Positions 28,775 through 37,599 of a stretch of DNA of 64,000 bases are shown here, one piece after another; within the stretch, counting starts at the first letter, position 1, and the number at the start of each line of letters is the position of its first letter. A program made the position numbers and the translations under genes. Origin of the DNA: Chitinophagales bacterium (lineage in GTDB: Bacteria; Bacteroidota; Bacteroidia; Chitinophagales; LD1); assembly GCA_039811145.1 (NCBI GenBank), contig JBDHYB010000013.1, positions 749-64,748 on the forward strand, written 5' to 3'. Under the pieces are notes generated by a model, which made no database searches, was not told the origin of the DNA, and saw only the letters and a list, made by a program, of their open reading frames with translations.

Positions 28775-29575
28775 ATGAAATACTTTCAGGATAAAACCAA
28801 CCGGCTTTATATAGGCATGAGCGCCTTCTTCATTGCAAACGCAATGGTGGCGGAGTTTATGGGCGTAAAGATTTTTTCGGTTGATCAAACCCTGGGTATT
28901 CATATTCCTTCCTTTACTTTGTTTGGTATGCCTTTTACCGGCATTAGCCAAACCTGCGGCGTGCTGCTGTGGCCGGTTGTATTTGTAATGACGGACATTA
29001 TCAATGAATACTTCGGCGTTAAAGGCGTTCGCTTTATATCATGGATAGCTGCTTTTATGATTGGCTATGCTTATATAATGCTTACCGGTGCAATGGCTAC
29101 TCAGCCGGCTGACTGGTGGCTTAGCAGTTCCAATTATGGTAGCGAGTTGGACTTTAATAAGGCTTACATAGCTGTTTTCGGGCAAGGCACCAATATTATA
29201 ATAGGCTCCTTAATAGCCTTTATGGTGGGGCAGTTTATTGATGTGTATGTGTTCCACTGGGTAAAGCAGAAAACAGGGGAGAAGTTCATTTGGCTGCGCA
29301 GCACGGGTTCAACGCTTGTTTCGCAATTGGTTGATAGCTTTATTGTGCTTTTTGTGGCCTTTTACCTGCTTAAGGCAAGTGGTAAGGGCCAATGGCCGTT
29401 GCAAATGGTTTTTGCCGTTGGTGTAGTTAACTACATCTATAAATGTACAGCAGCCCTGTTACTTACCCCTGTTATTTACCTGGTGCATAAAGGTATTGAT
29501 GCCTGGTTGGGCCCTGAACTGGCCAACCGCCTTAAAAAGCAAGCACAGGGTAGCGAGGTGGAAACTGCCGGGTAG
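28775..29575 (+). CDS. yhhQ: queuosine precursor transporter (YhhQ/VUT family)
   Basis: 266 aa, polytopic, with the signature VFVMTDIINEYFG. Confidence 0.85.
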   Translation: MKYFQDKTNRLYIGMSAFFIANAMVAEFMGVKIFSVDQTLGIHIPSFTLFGMPFTGISQTCGVLLWPVVFVMTDIINEYFGVKGVRFISWIAAFMIGYAYIMLTGAMATQPADWWLSSSNYGSELDFNKAYIAVFGQGTNIIIGSLIAFMVGQFIDVYVFHWVKQKTGEKFIWLRSTGSTLVSQLVDSFIVLFVAFYLLKASGKGQWPLQMVFAVGVVNYIYKCTAALLLTPVIYLVHKGIDAWLGPELANRLKKQAQGSEVETAG

Positions 29576-29578
29576 ATT

Positions 29579-30202
29579 TTACAACTCGATAGAAAAAAGT
29601 TGGGTTATTTCTCTATTTACTTTTTTGCCATGTGCAGTTTGAAAATTATCCGCACCACCATACCAATCTAAGACTTCCTGTCTTTCAATTCGTGTTGCTT
29701 TTTTACTTAAAAATGAATGGTAAGAAGAAAATTCCCAATCCTCCGCACGCTCAACAAATCCATGATGAACCGGATTCTGATGAATGTATTCAACTACAGA
29801 TTTATAATACTGTGGATGCGAAATAGCCTTTCTTTTAAAATTCTTAATAAAGAGGCTACCCTTTCTATTAAAGACTTTATTGTAAGCTTGAGTGTAGCTG
29901 CTGAATAAGTTGCCAAACTGTTTAGTTGCCCGACTACTTAACTTTTCCAAAGTTTCAAACTTTGGAAAAATTTGCCCCTCGGACTTCTCCTGATCAAAAA
30001 ACGATATTAACTCCTTGGCTGTTCTCACCTCTACCAGAAAATGAAAGTGATTGGGCATAAGGCAGTAAGCATAGGTTTTACATACAGGCGAGACTAAGTC
30101 AATGTATCTTTTTAGAAAAAAGGAATAATTGTCTTTGTTTCTGAAGAGATTCTCTTCGCCATTAGCATGGTTAAAAATGTGGTAAAAGGCGCCAGGTTGC
30201 AT
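29579..30202 (-). CDS. IS200/Y1-type HUH transposase-like protein (RAYT-like), solitary
   Basis: Has the HUH motif in LMPNHFHFLVEV and the catalytic Tyr context YIHQNPVHHG. The gene and its 5' flank are visibly more AT-rich than the neighbouring DNA. Confidence 0.75.
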   Translation of the reverse strand: MQPGAFYHIFNHANGEENLFRNKDNYSFFLKRYIDLVSPVCKTYAYCLMPNHFHFLVEVRTAKELISFFDQEKSEGQIFPKFETLEKLSSRATKQFGNLFSSYTQAYNKVFNRKGSLFIKNFKRKAISHPQYYKSVVEYIHQNPVHHGFVERAEDWEFSSYHSFLSKKATRIERQEVLDWYGGADNFQTAHGKKVNREITQLFSIEL

Positions 30203-30462
30203 TATTGCAATCTAAAAAAACGCACCTATTCTTTCAACTTTCCTCCATCTAGTAGTAATTAACCTTATTTTTATAAATGTATGTTAATCAATAATTTACA
30301 GCATATACAGTGTGTAAGTTGTGCTAAGTTTCTTTCATTATCTGTAACCTTTCTTTTAAAACACTCGTAAGGATAAATGTCTTTAATCGCAATTGGAACC
30401 TGCGAGGCAAGACTAAGGACTGAGATAGGAAGGAATTTAACGAACAAGCTAAACTTAGGTTT

Positions 30463-31692
30463 ATGAGAGTCCTTATTTCTACACTGTTGTTATTGGTATT
30501 TTCTTCTTCCCTGTTTGCAACACAGGATAAAAAGACCATCAAAATACGCTTACAGGCTCCCGGGGGCAACCTTGATGAGACCACTGTGTATTTTGATCTT
30601 GGCATTAACGGTAACTATGTTTACCAGGAGGATGCTCAAAAAGTATTCAGCAGCGTTCCCGGTGTGCCCATTTTGTATTCAGTAACTGCTGATAACATTC
30701 CATGTTCAATAAACGGCTATAGCCCGCTATCGTCAACTGATGTAGTAAACCTTGGTTTTGATGTAGATGCTGATGGCCTTTATACTATATCTGCTCCGCA
30801 AATCAATAGTTTCGATCCTACTTCCATTTTACGTTTAGAAGACCGCGCACGCGGCACCTGGACTGACCTAAGAAGTGGCCCGTACACTACACAGTTGTTG
30901 GATGCAGAACCTGCCTTAGGCCGTTTTTACCTGCACGTTTCTTATCCTTCATCGTTTAACTCTACTAATGCAGGCTGCGCCAATAACGATGGCACCGTAA
31001 CTGTAAACGTAGATAACTCAATTACCTGGACCAGCTGCACCTTGTTTGATGCATTCAATAACCAGGTAGGCACTTTTTCAAACGTTAACGGCCCCGTAAC
31101 TTTCACCGGCCTTGCTGAAGGTGATTACTACACTGCATTAGCTTACGATAACTACACCACTACTAACAACTTCCATATTAGCGGTAACTATGTGGTGGCT
31201 AACATTGGTGCCTCTGCACAAATGGTTTATGTAGGTCAGCAAATAGATTTCTCTGCTCTTGCTACTAACTCTAATCAATACGAATGGGATTTTGGTGATG
31301 GCACGTTGATAGTAGGTGTTGCCAACCCGCACCTTAGCTACTACGAACCCGGCACTTACGATGTTGTTCTTACTGCATCAAACAGCCTTGGTTGCACCGA
31401 TATTGCCAGCGTAACTATAGTAGTAGATAAAGTATCAGGTGTTGATGATAACCAACTGGAAGGCGTAAAAGTTACTGCCTACGGTAAAGAGGTAACAGTA
31501 AACATGAACGACGACCTTACTTCAGGCTCTACCTTAAATGTTTACAACCTGCTTGGCCAGTCAGTTTACAACCAACCGCTGGATGCTAAAACAGTTAAAG
31601 TAGCTTTCGACGAACAACCTATGGGCTACTACCTGGTTTCAGTTAAAAACAATAACAAAGTGACCACCAAAAGAGTTTACATCGGTCAATAA
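30463..31692 (+). CDS. secreted PKD-domain protein with a T9SS type A C-terminal sorting domain
   Basis: Has a signal peptide, a PKD motif (YEWDFGDGT...GTYDVVLTASNSLGC) and the CTD LNVYNLLGQSVY...GYYLVSVKNNNKVTTKRVYIGQ. Confidence 0.8.
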   Translation: MRVLISTLLLLVFSSSLFATQDKKTIKIRLQAPGGNLDETTVYFDLGINGNYVYQEDAQKVFSSVPGVPILYSVTADNIPCSINGYSPLSSTDVVNLGFDVDADGLYTISAPQINSFDPTSILRLEDRARGTWTDLRSGPYTTQLLDAEPALGRFYLHVSYPSSFNSTNAGCANNDGTVTVNVDNSITWTSCTLFDAFNNQVGTFSNVNGPVTFTGLAEGDYYTALAYDNYTTTNNFHISGNYVVANIGASAQMVYVGQQIDFSALATNSNQYEWDFGDGTLIVGVANPHLSYYEPGTYDVVLTASNSLGCTDIASVTIVVDKVSGVDDNQLEGVKVTAYGKEVTVNMNDDLTSGSTLNVYNLLGQSVYNQPLDAKTVKVAFDEQPMGYYLVSVKNNNKVTTKRVYIGQ

Positions 31693-31715
31693 GATACTAG
31701 CTTTCATCATTAGAA

Positions 31716-31750
31716 CAAAAGCCTCACCTGGGAAAGGGAGGCTTTGTTCG
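31716..31750 (+). terminator. stem-loop between convergent genes (AAAGCCTC...GAGGCTTT followed by a T-rich run)
   Basis: The 8-bp stem pairs 31718-31725 with 31738-31745 and is followed by GTTCGTTT. Confidence 0.45.
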
Positions 31751-31773
31751 TTTATAGAAGTTCGGTGTTATTT

Positions 31774-32085
31774 TTATTGCGAATCGGCGCAGAAGTAATC
31801 CTGCTTTTGATAGAAGGCTGCGGCCTCATCTGCCGAGTTTTTGGTATCGCAAACGCTGCGCTCGTCAGTCAGTTTATTTTTTTCGTAAAGCGAATCGGGG
31901 AAAGTAAGGTAGATAGAATCAATGCTATGGAAACTGGTAGTGGCATTGGCACAAAACTTATAAGCCACATTAGGGTTGTTTTTAGCTACCACATAGGCGC
32001 AATACTGCTGGCACTGGAAACAACGTTTACAGGCCCCCAAGCCCAGGGCTAAAACCGCTAAAATCAATACTATACCTTTATTCAT
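31774..32085 (-). CDS. small Cys-rich lipoprotein (103 aa from the ATG at 32085)
   Basis: Has a signal plus lipobox (LGLGAC) immediately followed by KRCFQC. The ORF-track start at 32130 is a TTG extension. Confidence 0.6.
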   Translation of the reverse strand: MNKGIVLILAVLALGLGACKRCFQCQQYCAYVVAKNNPNVAYKFCANATTSFHSIDSIYLTFPDSLYEKNKLTDERSVCDTKNSADEAAAFYQKQDYFCADSQ

Positions 32086-32112
32086 ATTCTTCTGAACGCA
32101 AGGTTCATAAAT

Positions 32113-32120
32113 TATTTTTG
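32113..32120 (+). promoter_or_regulatory. candidate Bacteroidota -7 promoter element TATTTTTG (TAnnTTTG) for the B12 operon
   Basis: A consensus match about 30 nt upstream of the riboswitch. Confidence 0.3.
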
Positions 32121-32151
32121 CTTCCTGCAAATAAAATAATTTTATTTGCCA

Positions 32152-32332
32152 CAGTTAAGGGTGGTGCTGTTGAGTTAAGTCAACACGCCTTAAAAGGGAA
32201 CCGGGTGTAAGTCCCGGACAGTTCCCGCTGCTGTAAGCTCTTTATAGCTTTTTGCCATACTAAGCCACTGTTCGCATTGCGGGCGGGAAGGCGGCAAAAA
32301 CGGAGTAAGTCAGAAGACCTGCCTTTAGCAAC
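32152..32332 (+). promoter_or_regulatory. cobalamin (B12) riboswitch
   Basis: The conserved cores are AAAAGGGAACCGGGTGTAAGTCCCGGACAGTTCCCGCTGCTGTAAG, GCCACTG, GGGAAGGCGG and AGTCAGAAGACCTGCC (B12 box region). It lies upstream of a TonB/ABC uptake operon. Confidence 0.88.
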
Positions 32333-32367
32333 TAATTTTTGAAGCTTTCGGGAATAAAAGCTGATGT

Positions 32368-32405
32368 AAGAAACACTGCAGGTTTCTTGTTCATCTTTCC
32401 TTTTC
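32368..32405 (+). terminator. possible riboswitch expression-platform hairpin (AAGAAAC-actgcag-GTTTCTT followed by a T-rich tract)
   Basis: A 7-bp stem is followed by GTTCATCTTTCCTTTTCC. It lies 60 nt before the first ATG of the operon. Confidence 0.35.
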
Positions 32406-32464
32406 CGGGCTGAATTTTTTAAACCATTAAACGCGCAAACTCAGCAGCGCAACAATTTATTCGC

Positions 32465-33703
32465 ATGAAAAAATTCACCCTATCGCTATTTGCTATTATG
32501 GCTATCGGTAACCTGTTTGCACAAACCGTAGCCGATTTTGAAGATCTTACCCTTGCCCCAAACTCGTATTACAACGGCGCTGATGGTGCCGGCGGTTTTA
32601 CCAGTGGTAATGCCTTTTTTGCTAATGATTACGATACGGCCTTCCTTTCCTGGAGTGGCTTTTCGTATTCCAACATTACCGATGATACTACCACTGGTTT
32701 TGGTAACCAATACAGCGCCATACCCGGCAGCGGTTATGCAGGGTCAGCCAACTATGCCGTTGCTGATGAGTATGGCAATGCCAAAATAAAATTCAATGGG
32801 GCGCAGGCCGGCCAAACTTTAAACGGTTTGTTTGTTACCAATGCTACTTACGCTTATTTCAGCATGCGCGATGGTGATGCTTTTGCCAAGAAGTTCGGCG
32901 GCCCTACCGGTACCGATCAGGATTGGCTGTTACTTCGCGTTATCGGTTGGTATAATGGAGCATTGAAACAGCCCTTGGTTGATTTTTACCTGGCCGATTA
33001 CCGTTCACCCGATAGCACACAGGATTACATTGTGCGCGATTGGAGATGGCTGGACTTAACGGCCTTGGGTAATGTAGATAGTATTCAGTTTCTGCTGTCT
33101 TCTTCCGATACCGGCGCCTTTGGCATGAACACCCCTGCGTATTTTTGTATTGACCAGTTAAGCAATAATGCGGCGCCTGTTGCAGGCGATGATGCCCTTG
33201 TAATTAATTACCTGCAGGATACTTTGATTAATGTGTTGGGTAATGATGTGGATTCAACCCTAACGCCCTTAACTGTTACTGTAGTTAATGATCCGCTTGT
33301 ACCGGGTGCAACAGCCGTAGTGCAGCCCTCCGGAGATATATTATATACACCGGCTATGGGGGTGTTATCGGTTGATACCTTCTACTACAAGGTTTGCGAT
33401 GCGGCTGATTACTGCGATACCGCCCGTGTAATTGTTTACATTGAGGGTATTAATGGTATTGTGGAGTCTGCTAACACAACTATTAATGTTTTCCCTAATC
33501 CTTTTCAAGGGGCCCTTCAATTGCGTTCTGCAATGCCAATGCAGTTGGTGCAGGTGTATGACCTGAATGGCGCAATGCTGTTTGAACAAAAAGATGAAGC
33601 AAACAATCTTACGCTGAATCTGGCTGAATCCCCGGCAGGTGTTTACGTAGTAAAGGTTACTACTGCCGATGCGGTTAGTGTTCACAAGGTAAACAAGCAG
33701 TAA
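32465..33703 (+). CDS. secreted B12-locus accessory protein: DUF4465-like N-terminal module, cadherin-like repeat, T9SS type A CTD
   Basis: Has the signal peptide MKKFTLSLFAIMAIGNLFAQ, then FLSWSGFSYSNITD and PAYFCIDQL motifs. APVAGDDALVINYLQDTLINVLGNDVD follows, then the CTD VFPNPFQGALQL...GVYVVKVTTADAVSVHKVNKQ. Confidence 0.7.
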   Translation: MKKFTLSLFAIMAIGNLFAQTVADFEDLTLAPNSYYNGADGAGGFTSGNAFFANDYDTAFLSWSGFSYSNITDDTTTGFGNQYSAIPGSGYAGSANYAVADEYGNAKIKFNGAQAGQTLNGLFVTNATYAYFSMRDGDAFAKKFGGPTGTDQDWLLLRVIGWYNGALKQPLVDFYLADYRSPDSTQDYIVRDWRWLDLTALGNVDSIQFLLSSSDTGAFGMNTPAYFCIDQLSNNAAPVAGDDALVINYLQDTLINVLGNDVDSTLTPLTVTVVNDPLVPGATAVVQPSGDILYTPAMGVLSVDTFYYKVCDAADYCDTARVIVYIEGINGIVESANTTINVFPNPFQGALQLRSAMPMQLVQVYDLNGAMLFEQKDEANNLTLNLAESPAGVYVVKVTTADAVSVHKVNKQ

Positions 33704-33704
33704 G

Positions 33705-34688
33705 GTGAGAATCTTTTTTCTTTTACCTGTTTTGCTGCTATGGCAAGCTGCCGCTGCGCAATTTGCGCCTGCTGCCGGTTTGCCGGGTACTACCGCAGTA
33801 TGGAAGGAAGACCCCGCACTTTTGGCCTGGGCAACAGGCTGTACCCTTATCCGCGGCTACCAGAATATAGCTGATACCACTTTAGGTTTGGCTAGCGTTG
33901 GTAATACTGAAGATGCAACCGGCCTCGCAGGCACTAATGCCATAATAAGTCTGGGCGATGGCGGCAGCGCTACTTTAACCTTTGCACAGCCTATATATAA
34001 TGGCCCCGGTTTCGATTTTGCAGTATTTGAGAACGGATTTCCTACCGGCGATTCACTGGCTTTCCTTGAGTTTGCTTTTGTTGAAGTAAGCTCCGATGGA
34101 GTTAACTTTTATCGTTTCCGGGCCACGTCCTTAATGCAGGATACAGCCCAGCTACCTATGGTGGGTATTAACTGCGCCTTGTATAATAACCTTGCGGGTA
34201 AATACACCAACGGTTATGGCACACCATTCGATTTGGAAGAGTTAAAGAGCGAAGCGGGCCTTGATGTAAACAACATTACGCATGTGCGCCTGATAGATGT
34301 GGTGGGCTCTATAGACCCTGCCTTTGCTTCAAAGGATGCCAATGGCCATACCATTAATGATCCTTTTCCAACGCCTTACCCTTCATCGGGTTTTGATTTA
34401 GATGCTGTTGGCGTTTTACACGCCCTAGGTATTAGCAGCGTAACTGAGCAAAGTCTAAGCTCTTTAGCGGTTTACCCCAACCCAAGTAATACAGGTAGCT
34501 GGCATGTTCAACTACCATTAAATACAAAGAGCGTAAAGGTTTTTGATATAAATGGCAAGCAATTGCTTGATGAGCCGGTAAACAATGCTGATTTAACTGT
34601 AAACGGCAACACCTGGCCTGCCGGTATTTATTTTTTAAATGCGGTAAGTGGCAATGTAAGCTACCGTGCAAAACTGATAAAGCAGTGA
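33705..34688 (+). CDS. secreted protein of unknown function with a T9SS type A CTD (GTG start)
   Basis: Has the signal peptide LLLWQAAAAQ, then FDFAVFENGF...FAFVEVSSDGVNFYRF. The CTD is LAVYPNPSNTGSWHV...GIYFLNAVSGNVSYRAKLIKQ. Confidence 0.7.
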   Translation: MRIFFLLPVLLLWQAAAAQFAPAAGLPGTTAVWKEDPALLAWATGCTLIRGYQNIADTTLGLASVGNTEDATGLAGTNAIISLGDGGSATLTFAQPIYNGPGFDFAVFENGFPTGDSLAFLEFAFVEVSSDGVNFYRFRATSLMQDTAQLPMVGINCALYNNLAGKYTNGYGTPFDLEELKSEAGLDVNNITHVRLIDVVGSIDPAFASKDANGHTINDPFPTPYPSSGFDLDAVGVLHALGISSVTEQSLSSLAVYPNPSNTGSWHVQLPLNTKSVKVFDINGKQLLDEPVNNADLTVNGNTWPAGIYFLNAVSGNVSYRAKLIKQ

Positions 34689-36550
34689 AAAAGCAGCTAA
34701 CATGTTTGCTTTTGTTCTGCGGCTTGTTTGTAAATGCGCAAACTAAGGTAGATTCTGTTGCCTTGCCTGAAGTGGTTAAGGTAGATGCGGTAAGTGTACA
34801 AAAGGAGCCGTCACTTACGGCCCTGCAGTACAAAAGCGGTAAGCGACTTAGTGAGGCCTTAAGCGAATTTTCATCCGTTTACATTAAGAATTACGGCAAC
34901 GGCCAATTGGCTTCGCTGGCAGTGCGGGGCACATCGGCTACCCAAACCGAGGTGCAGTGGAATGGCATCCGTTTAAACAATCCTGCTTTAGGCCAAACCG
35001 ATTTGTCTCTCTTTTTGCTTGGTGTTTTTGATAGAGTTAACCTGGTAGCTAGTGGTTACAGGGGTACTATTGGTGGCACCTTGCAAATGAACAGCCAACC
35101 GCCGCGCGATTCAGGTATTGCCCTTGATTTACTTCTGCGCGTTGGAAGTTTCGGTAAGGTAGAAGGTAATGGCCAACTGAAATACGGTAACGGCCGGTTT
35201 GCGGGTAGCACAAGTTTTACCTATGCGGCTTCTAAAAATAATTTCACTTATCGCAATACGTTTTTAGAGGGGCAGCCACGTACCAAACAAAGCAATGCTG
35301 CGGTAAGGCAGTTTTCTTTTCTGCAGGATTTTAATGCTAAAGTCAATAACCGTAATGAGGTAGGTGTTTCCCTTTGGCTTACCGGTGCAAACCGGCAATT
35401 ACCGCCTATAATGAGCAAACAACAAGGGTCGGAAAAGCAGATAGACAATGCCATACGGCTAATGGCGCATTGGCATGGCAGTTATTCGGCATTGAGGCTT
35501 TCGCAAACTTCCGCCTTTTTACAGGATGAGATTCACTACATCAACCCCGAAGCGCGTATTGACAGCAAATCGCAGATGCAGGCGTATAGAAATGTCTTTT
35601 CTGCAGCCTATACCTTTCCGTTTAATTTGGCATTGCAGGGGGAACTGAACTATGACCATGAAAGGGCGGGAGTTTCCGACTACGGTGGCGTAAAATCGCG
35701 CAATAGCACAGGCCTGCGTATTTATGCTGACTACTATTTAAAGAACCTGGTCAAGTTCCATGCGGGTTTCCGTCAGGATGTGGTTTGCCGCAGATTCTCA
35801 CCATTTGCACCGGAGATTTCTGTAAGCGTACAGCAAACGCTTAAGCAGAAACATACCTGGAGCGCCGGTTTGGCCGCTTCACGCAATTTCCGTTTCCCGA
35901 CTTTGAACGACCTGTATTGGTTGCCGGGTGGTAATCCGTCTTTACGAACGGAGAAATCATGGAATGGCGAGTTGAGTTTAAAATATGCGTATCAAAACTA
36001 TTTCAGTGTATCGGTTAATGCCTACGCCATTTATGTACGCGATTGGATACAATGGGTAAGCGCAGGCCCTTACTGGCAACCTGAAAATTTCAAACGCGTT
36101 TTCAGCAGGGGCGCCGAGTTAGCCATTGATGCCGGTAACTCCCCTTCAGCTAAAGTCACTTTCCGTTTACATAGTTCTTATTCCTTCACCAAAGCTACTA
36201 ACCTCGATAACCAGGGCTTATACGATCAAACACAGGGGAAGCAACTCATTTATGTGCCCTTACATAATTTGTCAACTGCTGCAGAATTGCAATATCGCCG
36301 TTATTACCTGCGGCTGTATAACAACTACACCGGCCCTGTGTTTATTACTACTGATAATTCGCAGCAGTTAAATGGATATTACCTCTGTAGCGCTGAGTTG
36401 GGAAAGGATTTTGTTTTTGGTCCTAATCAATTGGGCCTGTCCTTCCGCGTAAATAACCTGTTTAATACCAGCTACCAAAATGTATCGCAGCGCCCTATGC
36501 CCGGCCGCAGTTACGAAGGGTCTTTACGGTTTAATTTAAGCAGGAGGTAA
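34685..36550 (+). CDS. btuB: TonB-dependent receptor, BtuB-type (vitamin B12 outer-membrane transporter)
   Basis: 621 aa with a signal peptide, plug motifs (SLAVRGTSATQTEVQWNGIRLNN) and a beta-barrel. It is under B12 riboswitch control. The GTGA junction overlaps the previous gene. Confidence 0.85.
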   Translation: MKKQLTCLLLFCGLFVNAQTKVDSVALPEVVKVDAVSVQKEPSLTALQYKSGKRLSEALSEFSSVYIKNYGNGQLASLAVRGTSATQTEVQWNGIRLNNPALGQTDLSLFLLGVFDRVNLVASGYRGTIGGTLQMNSQPPRDSGIALDLLLRVGSFGKVEGNGQLKYGNGRFAGSTSFTYAASKNNFTYRNTFLEGQPRTKQSNAAVRQFSFLQDFNAKVNNRNEVGVSLWLTGANRQLPPIMSKQQGSEKQIDNAIRLMAHWHGSYSALRLSQTSAFLQDEIHYINPEARIDSKSQMQAYRNVFSAAYTFPFNLALQGELNYDHERAGVSDYGGVKSRNSTGLRIYADYYLKNLVKFHAGFRQDVVCRRFSPFAPEISVSVQQTLKQKHTWSAGLAASRNFRFPTLNDLYWLPGGNPSLRTEKSWNGELSLKYAYQNYFSVSVNAYAIYVRDWIQWVSAGPYWQPENFKRVFSRGAELAIDAGNSPSAKVTFRLHSSYSFTKATNLDNQGLYDQTQGKQLIYVPLHNLSTAAELQYRRYYLRLYNNYTGPVFITTDNSQQLNGYYLCSAELGKDFVFGPNQLGLSFRVNNLFNTSYQNVSQRPMPGRSYEGSLRFNLSRR

Positions 36551-36552
36551 GC

Positions 36553-37599
36553 ATGTGGGGTAAACTATCTTTTGTTTTGTTGCTTGTTGTTTGCACGCTC
36601 CATTCCTGTGTTCATGAGCCTGATGCTGTACCTGCAGTTCAAAAAGGAGTATATGTGGTTAACGAGGGTAATTTCAACTTTGGCACCGCTGAAATATCTT
36701 CCTACGATACAGAGAAGAAGAGCGTTGTTAACGGCCTTTTTCAGGCTGCCAATAACTACTCGCTCGGCGATGTAGCTCAAAGCATGCTCATCTACGATTC
36801 CATCGCTTTCATAGTAGTTAATAACTCCGCCAAAATAGAAGTGGTGCGTATTAGCGATTTTAAAAAGCTGCGCACTATTTCAATACCCGGCTCATCGCCC
36901 CGTTACATTTTCCCTATTGACGAGAACATAGCCTACGTTACCGATTTATATGCCGGTAAAGTGCATGTCATTAACTATCAGAGCGGTGCTGTTGTTAAGG
37001 AAATCGCAGAAGCTAATCCCTGGACTGAGCACCTGCTTAAAGTGGGTAACAATGTATTTGTTGAGGAAAGAAATTATAGTGCTGATAATGCTTCCGTTTG
37101 CAGTTTGATTAAATTAAATGCAGCTACACACAGTTATGTGCAACGTGCAACTTTTAACGGTAGCAATCTTAATGGCCTGGTGCTTGATAAACAGCAGCGT
37201 ATCTGGATCGCAGTAGAACAGGATAGTACCCACGGTGTTGCTTCTGCATTGGTATGTTTAAATCAGGATTTAGCGGAAGTTAAACGCCTTACCTTCGCAA
37301 TGGGCCATCATCCCTCCAACCTTTGTATCGATGGTGCGGGAGAGGAGTTGTACTTTTTGGATAAAGGGGTTTATCGTGTTTCCATTGATGATGTAGCCGC
37401 GCCAGCGGATCCTTTTGTACCACTTGATAACCGCAACTTTTACGCTTTGGGTATTCATCCTTCGTCCGGCGATGTTTATGTAAGCGATGCACTGGATTAT
37501 GTGCAACCTTCTATCATCTTCCGCTACAGCAATAGTGGGGCGCTATTAGATAATTTTCATGCGGGCATTATATCAGGTAACTTTTGCTTTAAACCATGA
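36553..37599 (+). CDS. surface lipoprotein, beta-propeller-like (YncE/DUF5074-like; BtuG-like by position)
   Basis: Has a lipobox (CTLHSC), the VYVVNEGNFNFGTAEISSYD opening and repeated beta-strand blades. It is the gene immediately after btuB. Confidence 0.65.
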   Translation: MWGKLSFVLLLVVCTLHSCVHEPDAVPAVQKGVYVVNEGNFNFGTAEISSYDTEKKSVVNGLFQAANNYSLGDVAQSMLIYDSIAFIVVNNSAKIEVVRISDFKKLRTISIPGSSPRYIFPIDENIAYVTDLYAGKVHVINYQSGAVVKEIAEANPWTEHLLKVGNNVFVEERNYSADNASVCSLIKLNAATHSYVQRATFNGSNLNGLVLDKQQRIWIAVEQDSTHGVASALVCLNQDLAEVKRLTFAMGHHPSNLCIDGAGEELYFLDKGVYRVSIDDVAAPADPFVPLDNRNFYALGIHPSSGDVYVSDALDYVQPSIIFRYSNSGALLDNFHAGIISGNFCFKP

